DNA of 64,000 bases from Marsupella aquatica (lineage: Eukaryota; Plantae; Marchantiophyta), in contig OZ316898.1 of the NCBI GenBank assembly GCA_973895155.1, positions 11,741,187 through 11,805,186 on the forward strand, in the 5' to 3' direction. Each line of letters starts with the position of its first letter. The stretch's first letter is position 1. Shown piece after piece: positions 10,146 through 23,794 of this stretch. Below the pieces are notes generated by a model. The model was not told the origin of the DNA. It worked only from the letters and a program-made list of their open reading frames with translations, and ran no database searches. The position numbers and the translations under genes were made by a program.

Positions 10146-13100
10146 TTAGTAGAGAACTTCATCATATACAACATTTTTGGTCAACTTTGCTAGAACTCCA
10201 TCTTCATCGTCTGGAAGTAACACTTTTATCCTTGTAGGACATGTTGCTCTTGAAAAGGCAACATACAATTGACCATGACTGAAAACCGACTTAGAAAGTT
10301 GCAATCCTACATGTTCTAAAGTCTGACCTTGTGCCTTATTAATAGTCATGGCATATGCCACTCGAACTGGGAATTTGACTCTTCGCAGCATGAAAGGAAG
10401 TCCCTCATCTGACGTCAACGGAATACGTGGTATGAACGTTATGTTCCCTGCATGTTTGCCTGCAAGAACCCGCGCCTCTATGACACGACTATTGATTGTA
10501 CGTACTATGAGTCGTGTCCCGTTACATAATCCTATAGTGAAGTCGACATTACGTAAAAGAATAACAGGGCATCCAACCTTAAGTACCAGCTTGTGCGGAG
10601 GCAAACCGCTGGGTGTTAGCGTATTCAAGAACTCAGTAGGGTAAAAGTCACGTCCTTCCAATTGATCGGGGCGATCTATACTTAAGAAGGTGTGCGCATC
10701 TCCTACGAGCCCTTCCAATATTGAACTGTTGATCTTCAACGCCTCCTTGTTCGTTGGCGCCAATATTGTTCTCTCGCTTAGGAACTTGTCATCAATATTC
10801 TCCAATGATGGATAAATTGCACAAATCAAGGAGTCGGTGTCAACAATGTTCTCCGTCATGGATGGCAGGTTCATGATCATGTTATTTAACGCTCCTTGCT
10901 TTGGCAATTTATCATCCCCAAGTTGAAGGAGCCATTCTTGGAAAGTCTGGTTCCCAAACTCAATTGAAGTGGATGTACCCCACGCACGCATATTCTCTGT
11001 AAGCTTGAATGTCTTCACAGAGTGCCAAATGTGAGATCTCTTCAAGCATCCTCCCACAATCTGCGCACGGCTTGCTCTTGCTTTCACCGGCAGCACTTGT
11101 CGAAAGTCCCCTGCAAATGCAACCACCAGCCCCCCAAACTTTCTGTTGTCTTCTCTTATGTCGCAAAGTGTCCTATCAAGCGCCTCCACAACATGTTGAT
11201 GAACCATAGGCGCTTCATCCCATAGAATGAATGTTGTCCTTCGCAACAATTCAGCAAGCTCCGTTTGCTTCTTCACGTTGCATAGTGATTGAGCATCAGG
11301 ATTGAGAGGAAGCTTAAACCTTGAATGTGCTATGCGACCTCCATCCAACAACAAACCTGCAATTCTCGAAGAGGCCGCAGCCAACACTACGTCCCCATCA
11401 GCCCGCACCCTACGTAGAAGAACATTCTCCACAAAGGTCTTCCTTGTCCCTCCTGGCCCATCTATGAAGAATGTGGAAGCCTCACGACCCCAAACCGCCT
11501 CCAATATTGCAGTGTAAGCAGTGCGTTGCCCAACATTCAACAACGGCTCCTGCTCAGCCAATTGTTGTTCCAAATCCTCCTGGCGATAGGAGATCTCCTC
11601 CCATATCAATTGATTGGTGTTCGCCAGATCTTCACAAAATTGTTCTGAAGGGAGGGGCAACCCGTATTCACCCAACGTCTTCCCTTGGGTGTGCAATGCC
11701 TGTCCAATTAAATACAGTGCAAAGCTCCTTTGTTGTTCTTCCGAGGGTTCAAGAAAACCCATGCTGAGAAGGCGATGACAACAATCATCACTCAACTTTG
11801 AAGGGTAACTTGTCCACAGATCACACGGTTGTGTGGGGCCGCCAAAGATGAGGATGGTGATGAACAACCGTTGAAGTTGTGAGCCGGTCTGCATGAGGCC
11901 CGCCTCGCCAAGACACCTATCTCACTCTACATCATTCTCGTACAATCCACGCGCGAGGGCGGCCTCTTTGAACGTTGGATGCACCACGTTCTCAAAAGTT
12001 TGGAGATCTTCAAAACTTTGAGCCCCAGTGACAACAATCAAGAGGGCTCACAAATAATATCTCTCCCCAGCCGATGGTGCCACAAAGTACATTCGCCCAA
12101 TGCTAAACCCTTGCTGACGCGGAGACCGTTTCCGTAGAGCCTTGTTCCACGTCCATTCTTGAGGGAAATTAGTGTACGTGACATGGTGTGCCGATTCAAA
12201 CATTGCATTTGTCTTGAACCATCCTATCAAAGTGGTATCCCTGTCCGACTCCCTTTCAACCATGTCTATGATGTCTGCATCTTCGCTCCCTTTCACAATG
12301 CACTTGGAGACGCTGGACAGAAGCACTACTCTCTGCCATTTTAAATTGGAAAATCCGCCACATCCCTTCCGCTGCAGACATGTAACGTGCATCAAGGTGT
12401 GTTTTGATTTCATCTCGTGACTCTCCAACTTCCACCATCGCCCGATCATGCCCCTTATATACATACTTGTATAAGTACTTAATCGCCTTAATGGAACAAC
12501 AAATCTTCATGTTAATGTGAGCATTGTATTTCATGTTCAAGTATGGGCTATAGGGAACAACCCATCTGTTGTCAAACCTAAATCCATTATTGTCCTTGCT
12601 GAATGACTGACCATTGTCTCACCTCCGATACAAAGGATAGCCTCCGTCCCCAAATTGTGTCTCTGAGGAGAATTCGCAAGGATATTTCTTAGTGCACTTC
12701 CCATCTTCCATGCAAGGCGAGTTTGGATAATCTATGCCACATGGACCATGGACCATGCACTTGGTTATCGTCTCATGAAGTCGATGATATTTTACTCTAT
12801 CTGGGATCTCCGCACACACTAACTCATCCACCTCGTCAGGGGTGCTCTGCCAAAATGATCAACATGTGGGCATGGGGCAACCAACGCTTTTGGAACTCTA
12901 TGACATACATAGAGGCAACGGGCCTTCCTAAGACCCCTTGGTGAACCTCTGCCAACAGCGCCCTTAGCTTCAATTTGAAGCATCGTGCCACAATCTCATC
13001 CCGGTCGGTTGGACTCTGAACCTCAAAGCACTTTGCTTTGATCTCCAGCCATTCTGGATTGCAAGTGAACGTGATGAAGAGATCTGGCGGGCCGTATGTG

Positions 13101-15566
13101 CGTACAATAGCCATGGCATCCTGGTATGCTTGGGCCATGCTATGTGCGCTACCACCATAAGTTGAGGGCAGGATGAAAGTCTTGCCCAACTCACTTGCAC
13201 GTGCATCTCCCTCGTGCACGGCATCTTGAAGACCCGAATATAGGTCAGTCCGCAATTTTTGTTGATTATTGCGGATATACGTCAAGCGTGTTTGATCGAT
13301 GCATGCGTAGGCATCAACAATGTACTACTTTAGGAGCGGTCCACCGCGAAGGAGCCAATCATCATTGCATCGTGCATGAAGATGGTACGCAAAGTATTGT
13401 AGTTGGGTGACCTTCTTGGACCCGTTACGTCCACTCCTTGCCCCGATAACAGCTCGATGAAGAACCCCGTCACTCATTTCAAAACCCATCAACAGGATAT
13501 CATATGACCATCCGTCTTGGCCTCGCAGGAAAAGAAGAACATAGTGAAGTGGTGCATAAGACCTATGCCACTCAGAGATCCTGCAAAAATGCTCATCTGT
13601 TTGCCTAAGGATGATGTCCCTATGGCATACCTCTATATCTTCATCACCCACCATGACAACACCGATCTCATCAGCCGTGGGCTTGTTATAACGTCTTGGA
13701 TCACTATCGTGCTCGGCCAGGAGGCGTAAAGATACCTCTGGCACATCGCCCCCCTCGATCTGACTTCCTGCATTCTTAAATAGATGAACATATTCATTAT
13801 GTTCATGCAACATGTCTTGTAGTTGAGCCAGTATCCTTGGTTCCAAGTGCGGCATTCGGTTGAGTCTGCAACAAAAGCAATTAGAACCACTCTAGTTGGA
13901 GATATATGAAAATATACCAAAGCAAGATGGAAGAGCAAGTGGTCATGTGATTGAGGAAGGTACCTATTCCCCACTTCATTGGCGGTGTCGTAAATGTACA
14001 ATTGCGCAAATTTGGGTCCTTCTCCTGTAGGGGGCAAAAGGCTTCATGCAAGATGGTACAACGCTCCTTGATACAAAAGGAATAAGGTCCTTGACTATTA
14101 TTGCGCTCATCCACTTTTGCACCAATGGAGGTAAATGCCAAAGCATTGTTATAACCTCTTATGTTGTCGCGGAAATTCTTCCCAACATTGTCTTGCCTTG
14201 TAAGCAAGCTTCGCAGAGGCTCGGGTGGGGCACCAAAAGGAGGCAATTTCACCTTGCCATCCGCACAATAGGCACTAAAAGGGGATTGCTTTTGGTGCCT
14301 TTTTTGCATTCCTGAAGCCAATGAAGTGCCCCACATGTGCGGCAAACCACGTCCATACGCCCCAAACCATGTCGGGCCAAGTGAGGATCCAACGGCCTTC
14401 GCGCCTTTGAAAGACGACTGATTAGTTGTGCCCTCCGTCTTCTTTGCGCTATTTCTTCTTTGCTCCGCAATGCAGGTGTGACTGCTCGGGGGTCTCACTA
14501 TATGGGGACCTCCCCATTGCCTGCGACATTTTTAGGCGTCGGACCCCCTAAAATGTAAGAATTTTTAAAAAAAATTTAACCCCTATAAAGTTGGAATATT
14601 CTTGGAATATTCTAAAAATTGGATGAAAAAGGCCCTAATGTTCTTATAAGTCTCAAAATTGAATTAAAAAGACCCTATTGTTCTTCTACAAAAATTCTTA
14701 AGTCTTCCCTTAGAACCAATAAAATGACCCTATCCTTCGTCGCACGTGATATGCCATTTTTGTGGAAGTGAAACCCCCGAGTGTGACTGGTGCAGCTACC
14801 AAACTCTCCTGGACTTCAGACATAATATCCGGCCATACATCCGGTTTCCTTTCTCCACTTGACAGTTCCAAGGTCCCCTCCACAAAAGTGTCAAATTCAC
14901 CATCCCCATCGTTGACATAATCTTCCTCAGCGTCATATAATTTCCCACCGCATGTTGATCAAATCCGCCATCCATTGCCCCACTGATGAGCCACTCCTCA
15001 TCAAACAAATGAGTTTCAGTGTGAGCGTGCATCGATTCCTCCGGCGGACAATCAGTCCCCCCATCATCCAACGCCCCATTGATAAGCCACTCCTCATCAT
15101 AGAGGCAAGGTTCCGGCTGAACATGTGATGCTACCTCATAGAACGCGTTGGAGGCTAACTCCAATGGAGGATGGTGAATCCCACTTTCATCTAAAGCACC
15201 TTGAATGAGCCATCCTTCATCAAATACATGTGGGTCACAGGGAACCATGAGTTGGCGGACCGATGTGCTCAGATCACCAACACTAATATTGGAAATGGCA
15301 TGGGGCCTTTCAAATGCTTGCCCTTGGCGAGCCTCATGACGAAGCTGTCTCCCACTTTTCATACGCGCAACCAAATTTGGTTGAGCGCTCGCCTCTGCCT
15401 GAACCCCATCAGTTGGAGCCCCCGCATCCCCTCCATTATTCCCAACCACCCCATTTTGTTGTTGCCGACGCTGCACTTGCCTCACCCTCCGCCTTTCATT
15501 AATGGCATCTTTATTTTTGGTGTACCTCTCACGCCGAGCCGCCAATACCTGGTCGGGAGGAGGCAT
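10146..15566 (-). pseudogene. Helitron Rep/PIF1-helicase polyprotein with frameshifts, stops and a MITE insertion
   Basis: Zn-finger-like CRTCGALHW; PKFAQLYIYD; YQDAMAIVR..GPPDLFITFTCNPEW; HUH motif EFQKRWLPHAH; YLYKYVYKGHD. PIF1 motifs are FIDGPGGTRKT (Walker A G->R), WDEAPM, GDFRQVLP, GLCNGTR and TINKAQGQT. There is a GT-AG intron at ~13866-13963. Confidence 0.93.
14485..14781 (-). mobile_element. 297-bp MITE of the CTCGGGGG-TIR (P-like) family, in reverse orientation
   Basis: Ends are CTCGGGGGTCTCAC...GTGAAACCCCCGAG, with 8-bp TSD TGTGACTG (14477-14484 and 14782-14789). Removing it plus one TSD joins Helitron coding sequence in frame (...SLVAAPVT|PALRSKEEIAQRR). Confidence 0.92.
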
Positions 15567-15899
15567 GTTGGCAACGGTACCCTCAGCATAAGAAAGCCCT
15601 AATCACTCCATGCTCCCGCCCATAGTCCATTGTCTGCATCCAATGCACATATTTTGTTAGTCATTCTAATTTAAATGAGTCATTTAAATTTACATGCCCC
15701 ATTCCAAGCTTGACAAACCCTAAGTAAGTTGAACACCGGTTGGAGGACATCATCGCAAGAGACATGGGATATTAGAAGGAGCCCAATATCCGTCAAGGAT
15801 ACATCCTATAAGGGCCCCCTCATCCCGCCCACCCACCCAACCTTGGCGACGTTCCTCCTGCTTCCAGGAGTTGTGCCTCTTGCCCCTAAGTTAACCCAT

Positions 15900-16310
15900 G
15901 TTTGCTTACTTGGCTTTGGCCACCCCTATGCCGAGACCCCTTGGGGCAACGGCAAGACTTGGCCAGCTTTTCAACTAAACATTTTGTCACTCCTTGCATG
16001 ATCCCCAAACCCCATTGGTAACCCCAAAGTTTTTGTGACTTAAAGTTGTTTAACTGAAAGTCGCGGCGGCCGCTTACTTGGCTTTGGCTGCCCCAATGCC
16101 GAGACCCCTTGGGGCAATAGCACGGCTTGGTCAACTTTTCAACGGGCCTTTTTTCCTACCCCTTGCATCCCCAAACCCCATTGGTAACCCCAGATTTTGG
16201 GTTACTTTAAGTGTCTAACTTAAAGTCGTCGCGGCCGCTTACTTGGCTTTGGCCGACTTTCCAATGGGCCTTTTTCCCTACCCCTTGCATGGAATCCCAT
16301 TGGTAACCTC
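15900..16310. repeat. Degenerate direct repeats in the Helitron 5' region
   Basis: GCTTACTTGGCTTTGGC occurs three times, GCCGAGACCCCTTGGGGCAA twice and CCCATTGGTAACC three times. Confidence 0.7.
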
Positions 16311-16509
16311 ATCCATGTTTACTCGGATCCTTACTCGCCAACGCCAGTCCCCCTTGGGGTGGTGGTGTGGTTTGTGTCACCTTCCAACTTGGATGCATGC
16401 TTGAGAGGAGGTGGTCCCCTCATATATACTTCTGGGGACCTGCCACCCCCGGACCACCTTTAGTCCCGATATTTTTGGCCCCCAACTCACATTTTTCAGT
16501 GCAAAATAG

Positions 16510-17175
16510 AGTGGCAGCACATAACAGCAACAATGAGCATTCTATTGGGTCCAGGCAAGGGCAATGCAAGGCTGAGCCCAGGTCTGAGTCGGGCGTGGAG
16601 TCGTAGTCAGCAGCCAGGCCTGAGTTGGGGGCGGAGTTGTTGTCAGTAGCCAGGCCTGAGTTGGGAGCGGAGTCATCATCAGCAGTCAGGCCTGAGTTGG
16701 GAGCGCAACATAGGTTTGGTCCAGGCACATAATGACAACAATGAGCATTATATTGGGTCCAGGCAAGGGCAATGCAAGGCTGAGCCCAGGTCTGAGTCGG
16801 GCGTGGAGTCGTAGTCAGCAGCCAGGCCTGAGTTGGGGGCGGAGTTGTTGTCAGCAGCCAGGCTTGAGTTGGGAGCGGAGTCGTCATCAACAGTCAGGCC
16901 TGAGTTGGGAGCGCAACATAGGTTTGGTCCAGGCATAACGACAACAATGAGCATTCTATTGGGTCCAGGCAAGGGCAATGCAAGGTTGTGCCCAGGTCTG
17001 AAGGCGTGGAGTCATCGTTAGCAGCCAGGCCTGAGTTGGGAGCGGAGTCGTTGTCAGTAGCCAGGCCTAAGTTGGGAGCGGAGTCATTGTCAGCAGCCAG
17101 GCCTGAGTTGGGAGCAGAGCTGTCGTTAGCAGCCAAGCCTGAGTTGGGAGTGCAGCATAGGTTTGGTCCAGGCGT
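16510..17175. repeat. 36-bp minisatellite in ~207-bp higher-order units
   Basis: GCCAGGCCTGAGTTGGGAGCGGAGTCGTTGTCAGCA units grouped in three blocks, each starting ACAATGAGCATTCTATTGGGTCCAGGCAAGGGCAATGCAAGG. One more unit lies at ~24230-24290. Confidence 0.9.
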
Positions 17176-17194
17176 CTTGGGAGTTGACCGTTGC

Positions 17195-17481
17195 TATAAG
17201 AAACCGTCGGCTCTGGACTAGACAGCAATGCGGAAATATGAGAGAGACTCACTCAATCAGACGCTACACCGATGAGACACCCCGAGTGGAAAAACTCCTG
17301 AAGGCTCCATAGCAAATGAGAATACATGTGAAGAATGAGGGAGAGAGTTCTCTCCCTCCAGCCTATACCCCCCAAGGGGGCCAAGATGAGTGGGTCTTAT
17401 CCTAATGAAATCTAGGGTTAACTAAACCTAGTAAGGCCAAACTAAGTAAACTAAGTTGGGAACTCGAGTCAATTCCTAACA
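17195..17481 (-). repeat. Copia 3' LTR
   Basis: Matches 23488-23793 with about a dozen substitutions and two small indels. The + strand end reads TA instead of TG. Confidence 0.92.
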
Positions 17482-17535
17482 ATCTCCACCTTGACTCCAG
17501 TTCACACAATGAGTAAAGTGATATACAATACGCAA

Positions 17536-20500
17536 CTAAGTAACATATCTACATAGTCTCCAATTTGGCCCTAACATTAATAATGTCCACACAATGACTA
17601 AAGCTACTGGTAGGTAAAAATTGGTAAGCATGTCTGCCGCATTCTCCTCTAAAGCCACCTTCTCTAGAAACACCTGCTTTGTCTCAATCACCTCACGGAT
17701 GAAGTGATAACAAATATCAATGTGCTTTGTCCTGGCATGGAACACAGGGTTCTTAGCCAGATGCAAAGCACTTTGATTGTCACACAGCGGCACCGATCTT
17801 TCAGGTGAAAGACCCAGATCACTCACCAATCTCCGTAGCCAGATCAGCTCCTTGGTTGCCTCACATGCAGCCATGTACTCAGCCTCAGTAGTAGACAATG
17901 CAACACAAGATTGAGTTGCCAACTTCCAACTGATACCCAGCATAAACACATAGCTTGTAGTAGACTTCTTGTTATCCAAGTTACCAGCATAATCTAAATC
18001 TACAAAACCTTCCAACTCTAATGTAGAGTCTGCTTTACCGTCAAATAAGATCCCACAATCTAATGTACCTTTCAGATACCGCAAAACCCACTTCACTGCT
18101 TCCAAGTGAAGCTTACCAGGATTTGCCATAAATCTGCTCAAAATGCTAACAGCATGGGCAATGTAAGGTCTAGTGCATGTCATCGCATACATCAAACTAC
18201 CCACAACACTATCATAGGGAACATGATGTTTCATCGCCAATCTATCACTCTCACTAGAAGGGCAATCATTCTTTGAGAGTTTAAAGTGGGAAGCCAATGG
18301 AGTACCAACTGGATTTGCATTCTCCATTCTATACTTGGCAAGTACCTTCTCCAAATACTACCTCTAAGACAACCATAATTGCCTTTGCTCCCTGTCACTA
18401 TGAATCTCCATCCCTAGTATCTTCTTGGCCTGACCCAAGTCCTTCATTGAAAACTCCTTACTCAACATTGCTTTCAGATGGGCAACATCAGACTTATTCT
18501 CAGCTAGGATCAGCATGTCATCCACGTACAATGCCAACGCAATGTAACCAAAGCGTGAGTAATTCTCCACCTCCTTCATGTAAATACAACAATCATGTTC
18601 ACTTTGTGTGAACCCCTGAGATAACATGAAGGAAGAAAAATGCTTATTCCACTGTCTGGGACTCTACTTCAATCCGTATAACGAGCGCAAGAGCTTACAC
18701 ACCAGGTGTCTGGTCTTCTCGTCAATAAAACCTGGAGGCTAAGTCATATAAATCTCCACATCAAGCAATCCATCCAGGAAAGCAGTAATTACATCCATCT
18801 GATCTAACTCAAGATCATAGAATGCTACAATCGCAAGTAAAACACGGATAGTAGCGAGTTTGACAACTAGTGAAAATCTCTGTGTAGTCCAAGCCCTCCT
18901 TCTAGGTGTATCCTTTGGCCACAAGGCGCGCCTTGTAAGTGCCATCCTGCTTCTTCTTGTACAACCATCTACACGGAACCAGTGTCTTCCCGCGAGGCAT
19001 GTCAATCAAGCACCAAGTTGAATTCTTCTTCAAAGAATTCAACTCCTTCAACATCGTCTCCATCCACTTATCCTTCTCTAGAGAAGCCATAGCTTCTTCA
19101 TAGCTAGAGGGGTCTCCATCTTCAATGAGCAAAACAACCCCGGAATCATCATCATGCTCAACAACGTGAACACGAGGATCTGCAAAACCAAATCTATGAG
19201 GGGATTGGCCAAAATTGGCCCTAGTGAAGCGCCTTGGTTGAGGAATTGCACCTCTACCAGAGGGACCAGCAGCTTCCTCATCACCACCAAGCTCCACCGT
19301 AGTGGGTTCCTCCACCTATTCCTCCTAAATATCTCGGGGTCTTGACAACCATTCTTCGTCAAAAACAACATTTCTACTCACAACTGCCTTGCAATCGACA
19401 GGATCCCATAATTTATAGCCCTTCTGCCCAGGACTAAAGCCTAGAAAAATATATTTCTTAGACTTGGGATCCAACTTAGACCTGTGTGTCTACTCAATGT
19501 GAACATAGGCAGCACAACCAAAAACTCGAAGTCTAGAGTAATCAACAGGTCTCTTATACCACAACTCAAATGGAGTCTGCATCAACTTACTACTCTGTGG
19601 TGACAGATGGTAGACGTATGCAGCTTGGTTGACAGCTTCAGCCCAAAAGTTTTTGGGCAACTTAGACTTACAAAGCATGTTGCGTGCTTTCTCCAATAAT
19701 GTCCGATTCAACCATTTTGCAACTCCATTCTGCCACGGGGTCTCCGGTACAGTGTAATGACGCTTGAGGCCAAGGTCCCGACCAAATTGATCACCCTCAT
19801 TGGACTTATACTTGCCACCATTATCGGACCGAACACACTTCAACTCCTTCCCAATTTGTAGCTCCACCATGGCTTTCCACTCCTTGAAGATCTCAAAGAC
19901 TTGAGACTTCTCCTTCATGTAGTACAGCCAACACATTTGAGAGTAATCATCTACAAATGTCACAAAATATCTGGCTCCACCCAACGATGGCTCCGGTGCT
20001 GGACCCCAAACATCCGAATGTACATACTCAAGAATCTCATGAGAATGGTATGAACTAGAATTGAAACTCACTCTCCTCTGCTTGCCGAAGATGCAATCTT
20101 CACAGAAAGAGAGTTTACCAAATTGAACGTTGTTAGATATTGCTCTAGTCTTGTGGCTCATGAGCTAACTACAGTTAGTCTAACTTGGGTTAGGACTTAG
20201 CTAATGTTAGCGGTAGTGGTGTTGTGTATATAGCCAGGGCTGATGCCAGACCCTGGTGGAACTTAGGCTCATTGTTACGGAGCTAGTTGAGAGATAGGGA
20301 GAGCTTGTGCTGTGGATGCTTGGTATGGCCGATCGGCCTAGAGTGTAGTAAAGCTCTTGTGTGTTCCCGTGGACGTAGCCTCATGTGGAGGTGAACCACG
20401 TATCTCTCTGTGTCGACTATTGTGCGTTGGATGGTTCATGGGCTTGCCGTTACAAATGTCGTCTATGCTCAACAAGCGCCTTGCAGCAAATCTCTGTTTG

Positions 20501-21907
20501 CCAAGGCTGCCAATCCTTTACCATTCAAGTGCCCCAACCGTGCATGCCACAAATCTATGGCTTGTGTGCGACCAGATATTGAGGGTGCTTGAATTGAAGG
20601 AGCCAAAGATGATTCTGCGGCAGATGTTGCCGCTGCATCCAAACGTTCCATCACAGAATCCACATGCTCCACTCTAGGAGCAATGACATCTCCTTCCAAG
20701 ATGTACAAATTATTTTGTCGTAGCGCCTTAATCAAAGATACATCATCTTTGACGACAAAGAGCGCACCATCACGTGCAGTGAAATGAGATCCACCAGCTT
20801 CCAAAGCACCAAGAGAAATCAAGTTCTTAGAGACGTCTAATATGTGCCTGACTCCCGTCCATGCTTGCACAACACCATCAGACATCCGGAATTTGATAGT
20901 CCCCATGCCAACAATCGCACATCGGACACCATTTCTAATTTCCATAGTACCGGTACAAGGTTGGTAAGTGGAGAAATATGATTGCGTTGGATACACGTGA
21001 TAAGAGGAACCCGAATCCAACATCCATTTATTGTCATACACAGAATTCACAACACCAATACATAGCACTTCAACAACATCCTCATTATTAGCAATCACAA
21101 TACCAGCTGACGATGAGGACGCACCATTGGAAGCAGGACGCTTCTGCTTCGATAGAGAAGGACAATTCCACTTGGTGTGGCCCTTCTCATGGCAATGGCA
21201 ACACTAAACTTTCTTACTACGGGACTTAGATTTAGATCTACTATGTGATTTAGATCTAGACTGATCTGTAGTATGCTCCGTCGATCTGCCTCTAACCACT
21301 AAGGCAGCAGACTCATTGTCACGGCCAGAAAGTTGTTGCTTGCCCCATTCTGCAAGAACGGTAGCCTTCACCTCATCCAACTTCAACGTAGACTTGTCAT
21401 GTGTGATGACCGTCACCAATGTCAAATAGGTCTGAGGAAGCGACATCAATAAATGCATCACAAGATACTCATCGATCAACTTGTCTCCTGCAGTGGTCAC
21501 CTTGTGCACAATCTCATCGAAGAGACTGAGGTGATCACGCATGTTACCACCATCCTTCAACTTCAACCTGAACAGCCGCTCCAAGTGATAAATGCGAGTA
21601 GTCAATGAAGTACTCTGGTAGAGCTGAGTAAGCATATCCCAGATCTTCTTGACATTCCGATCCATCCCCAACACGTTCTTGAGATTGTTCTTTGCCAAGA
21701 AAAACTCAATTGTGCTACCCGCCTGCACCAACATGTCCTCCCACTCCTCATCTGTTAGATTCAAGGGTTTCACTCCAGTGAGGGTCTTCTCAAGACCCTA
21801 CTAGATCAACACATTGGTCACCTTCCGAGTTCAGAGGCTGAAGCTGACCTTCCCGTCAAACTTCTCCACCTCAAACTTTGGCGCCGCAAGCTTTCTTGAA
21901 GTCATTG
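17536..21907 (-). pseudogene. Copia gag-pol with multiple stops and frameshifts
   Basis: gag KFEVEKFDGK; CCHC knuckle; protease WMLDSGSSYH; GAG-pre-integrase LWHARLGH; integrase HSDVWGP, RSDNGG and QNGVA; RT QMDVITAFL and LYVDDML; RNase H EAEYMA, CDNQSA and HARTKHIDI. Confidence 0.93.
20131..20474 (+). mobile_element. Solo LTR (344 bp) of a different copia-type family, inserted in the pol gene
   Basis: TGTTAG...CTCAACA ends, a TATA-like GTATATAG, and the U5-like motif CCCGTGGACGTAGCC...GAACCACGTA. The TSD is degenerate (AACGT/AGCGC). Removal restores the host frame LLQG-VQFGKLSFCEDC. Confidence 0.85.
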
Positions 21908-23487
21908 ATGTTGCCACAAACACACAGGAAATACACAACCAAAATACCTCCACCCAAAAAGTCACCAAAAAATGAAAGTTAGTGAAAGTGGAAATGGAAT
22001 GCACCGTCGTGTAGCCTGCAAGGTACACTGCCAAGATCTGAAAATGATTTGGCAAAAAACTTCTCCAGCAAAAACTTATTCAACCCGGACTAGAAGGGGG
22101 TCAAAATGGCCGTTTTGACCCCCGTCGGGTATCTTAGGTCCCGAAAAAATTCCGCAATAGTTAAATGCAAATCAATTTCATAGGCCTGTGCTCAACTCCC
22201 TTGAGTATCCCCTTGCAAAGCCGCGCAAAAAAATTCTGCCTCAACAACCGCCAAATTTATAAATTTTGGCCAAAATTCAGCTCTCTGGAAAAGTATCTTT
22301 TGGAGGGAATAAAAGTACAGTCAAATTCTACAGCAGAAGGCACCCGGTGATGACACGTGTCCGACTCAAAAGAAAAACTTTGCACAAAGGAAAAGAAACG
22401 AGAAAAATGTTTAAAAGAAAAAATAACCGGAAGGCTTAAGGCAACGATCGCCCCATTCCCCTTCTAATTTTCCTTAAAACACTTTGTGACCCTTATGCCC
22501 TTTCGCAATGTGTCGCCCTCCACTCATACGTCGTACTTACCAGGCTCCCCCTAGTACATACCGTAAAGCTCCAACCAATCTTGGAGTACTTAAGTCCTCA
22601 AGAGCTACATTAATGCCACACCAAGTGGTACAGCAAGTAACCCCTTAAATTCCCCAAAGGAATGGGAGCACATACACTTCTTTCCCTCTCCTGGCCTTTG
22701 TACCTTGTACAGGCCTTGACCCTAGATTAAATGCTCCCCAAAAAAGATGGGAGCAAGTAGGCTCCCTCCTCTCACTTGTACTTCGTACCTTCAACTTTAT
22801 GAGCCCTGTACCTTGTTGTAAGCGGTACATCAGGTACCACAAGCCATTGCCCTCTTTTAAAAGCCTTGTACCATCTTGCAGTACAGCACTCGTACCGGGG
22901 TAACAGTCCTTTGTACCACCCTGCCACACAAACACAGTCGTATTTGCGTGCTCCTATACGCTGTACAACACATCCGTCCGCACCGCCGCAAATGATTGCG
23001 GAGCGGTGAGTCCAACGAAAAAATACAGGGAAGAAAAATGGCTACTTTCAGCAGTAGAAGATCGACATTGCTCGAGTAAATGTCGACCCCACCGGTTCCA
23101 TGTAAGATTAAACAGAGCACTTAACACCATAGCCAAGAGCTTAGGGCTCTAAACAACAAAACTCAAAAATGAGATTACTCGACACACCAATGATGAAAGG
23201 AAGTGAAACCTTCACCAAAACGAGTGCCTGTCGACGCTCATAAGAGATCGCTAGACTGTCCTCTTGACAATGCATCAGAGAACAGAGACACAACCGACAC
23301 TCCAAGCTAGAGCTCCAATCGGGAAACCATCATCGCTTTCAAACATGAAACCTTCAACACAAAATGACCAGTGAAACGATCATGCAACCGTCATTGACGA
23401 TTCAATCTTTCACCCCGATCCAGCACACAAACGCTCTCACCACTGCCCAGGCCACTGAAACCACGAACATGAAGCTCTGATACCACT

Positions 23488-23793
23488 TGTAAGAAACCAT
23501 TGGCTCCGGACTAGATAGCAATGCGGGCGGAAACATGAGAGAGACTCACTCAATCAGACGCTACACCGACGAGACACCCCGAGTGGAGAAACTCCTGAAG
23601 GCTCCATAGCAAATGAGAATACATGTGAAGAATGAGGGAGAGAGTTCTCTCCCTCCAGCCTATACCCCCCAAGGGGGCCAAGATGAGTGGGCCTAAACTA
23701 AGCGGATCTTATCCTAATGAAATCTAGGGTTAACTAACCCTAGTAAGGCCAAACTAAGTAAACTAAGTCGGGAACTCAAGTCATTTCCTAACA
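23488..23793 (-). repeat. Copia 5' LTR
   Basis: TG...CA termini, adjacent to the PBS. Confidence 0.92.
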
Positions 23794-23794
23794 A

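Larger units (their letters stand above)
17195..23793 (-). mobile_element. Full-length decayed Ty1/copia LTR retrotransposon
   Basis: LTRs are at 17195-17481 and 23488-23793. The PBS TGGTATCAGAGC (tRNA-iMet) is at 23474-23485 and the PPT AAGGTGGAGAT abuts 17481. The TSD is GTTGC/ATTGC. Domain order is gag-PR-IN-RT-RH. Confidence 0.95.
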
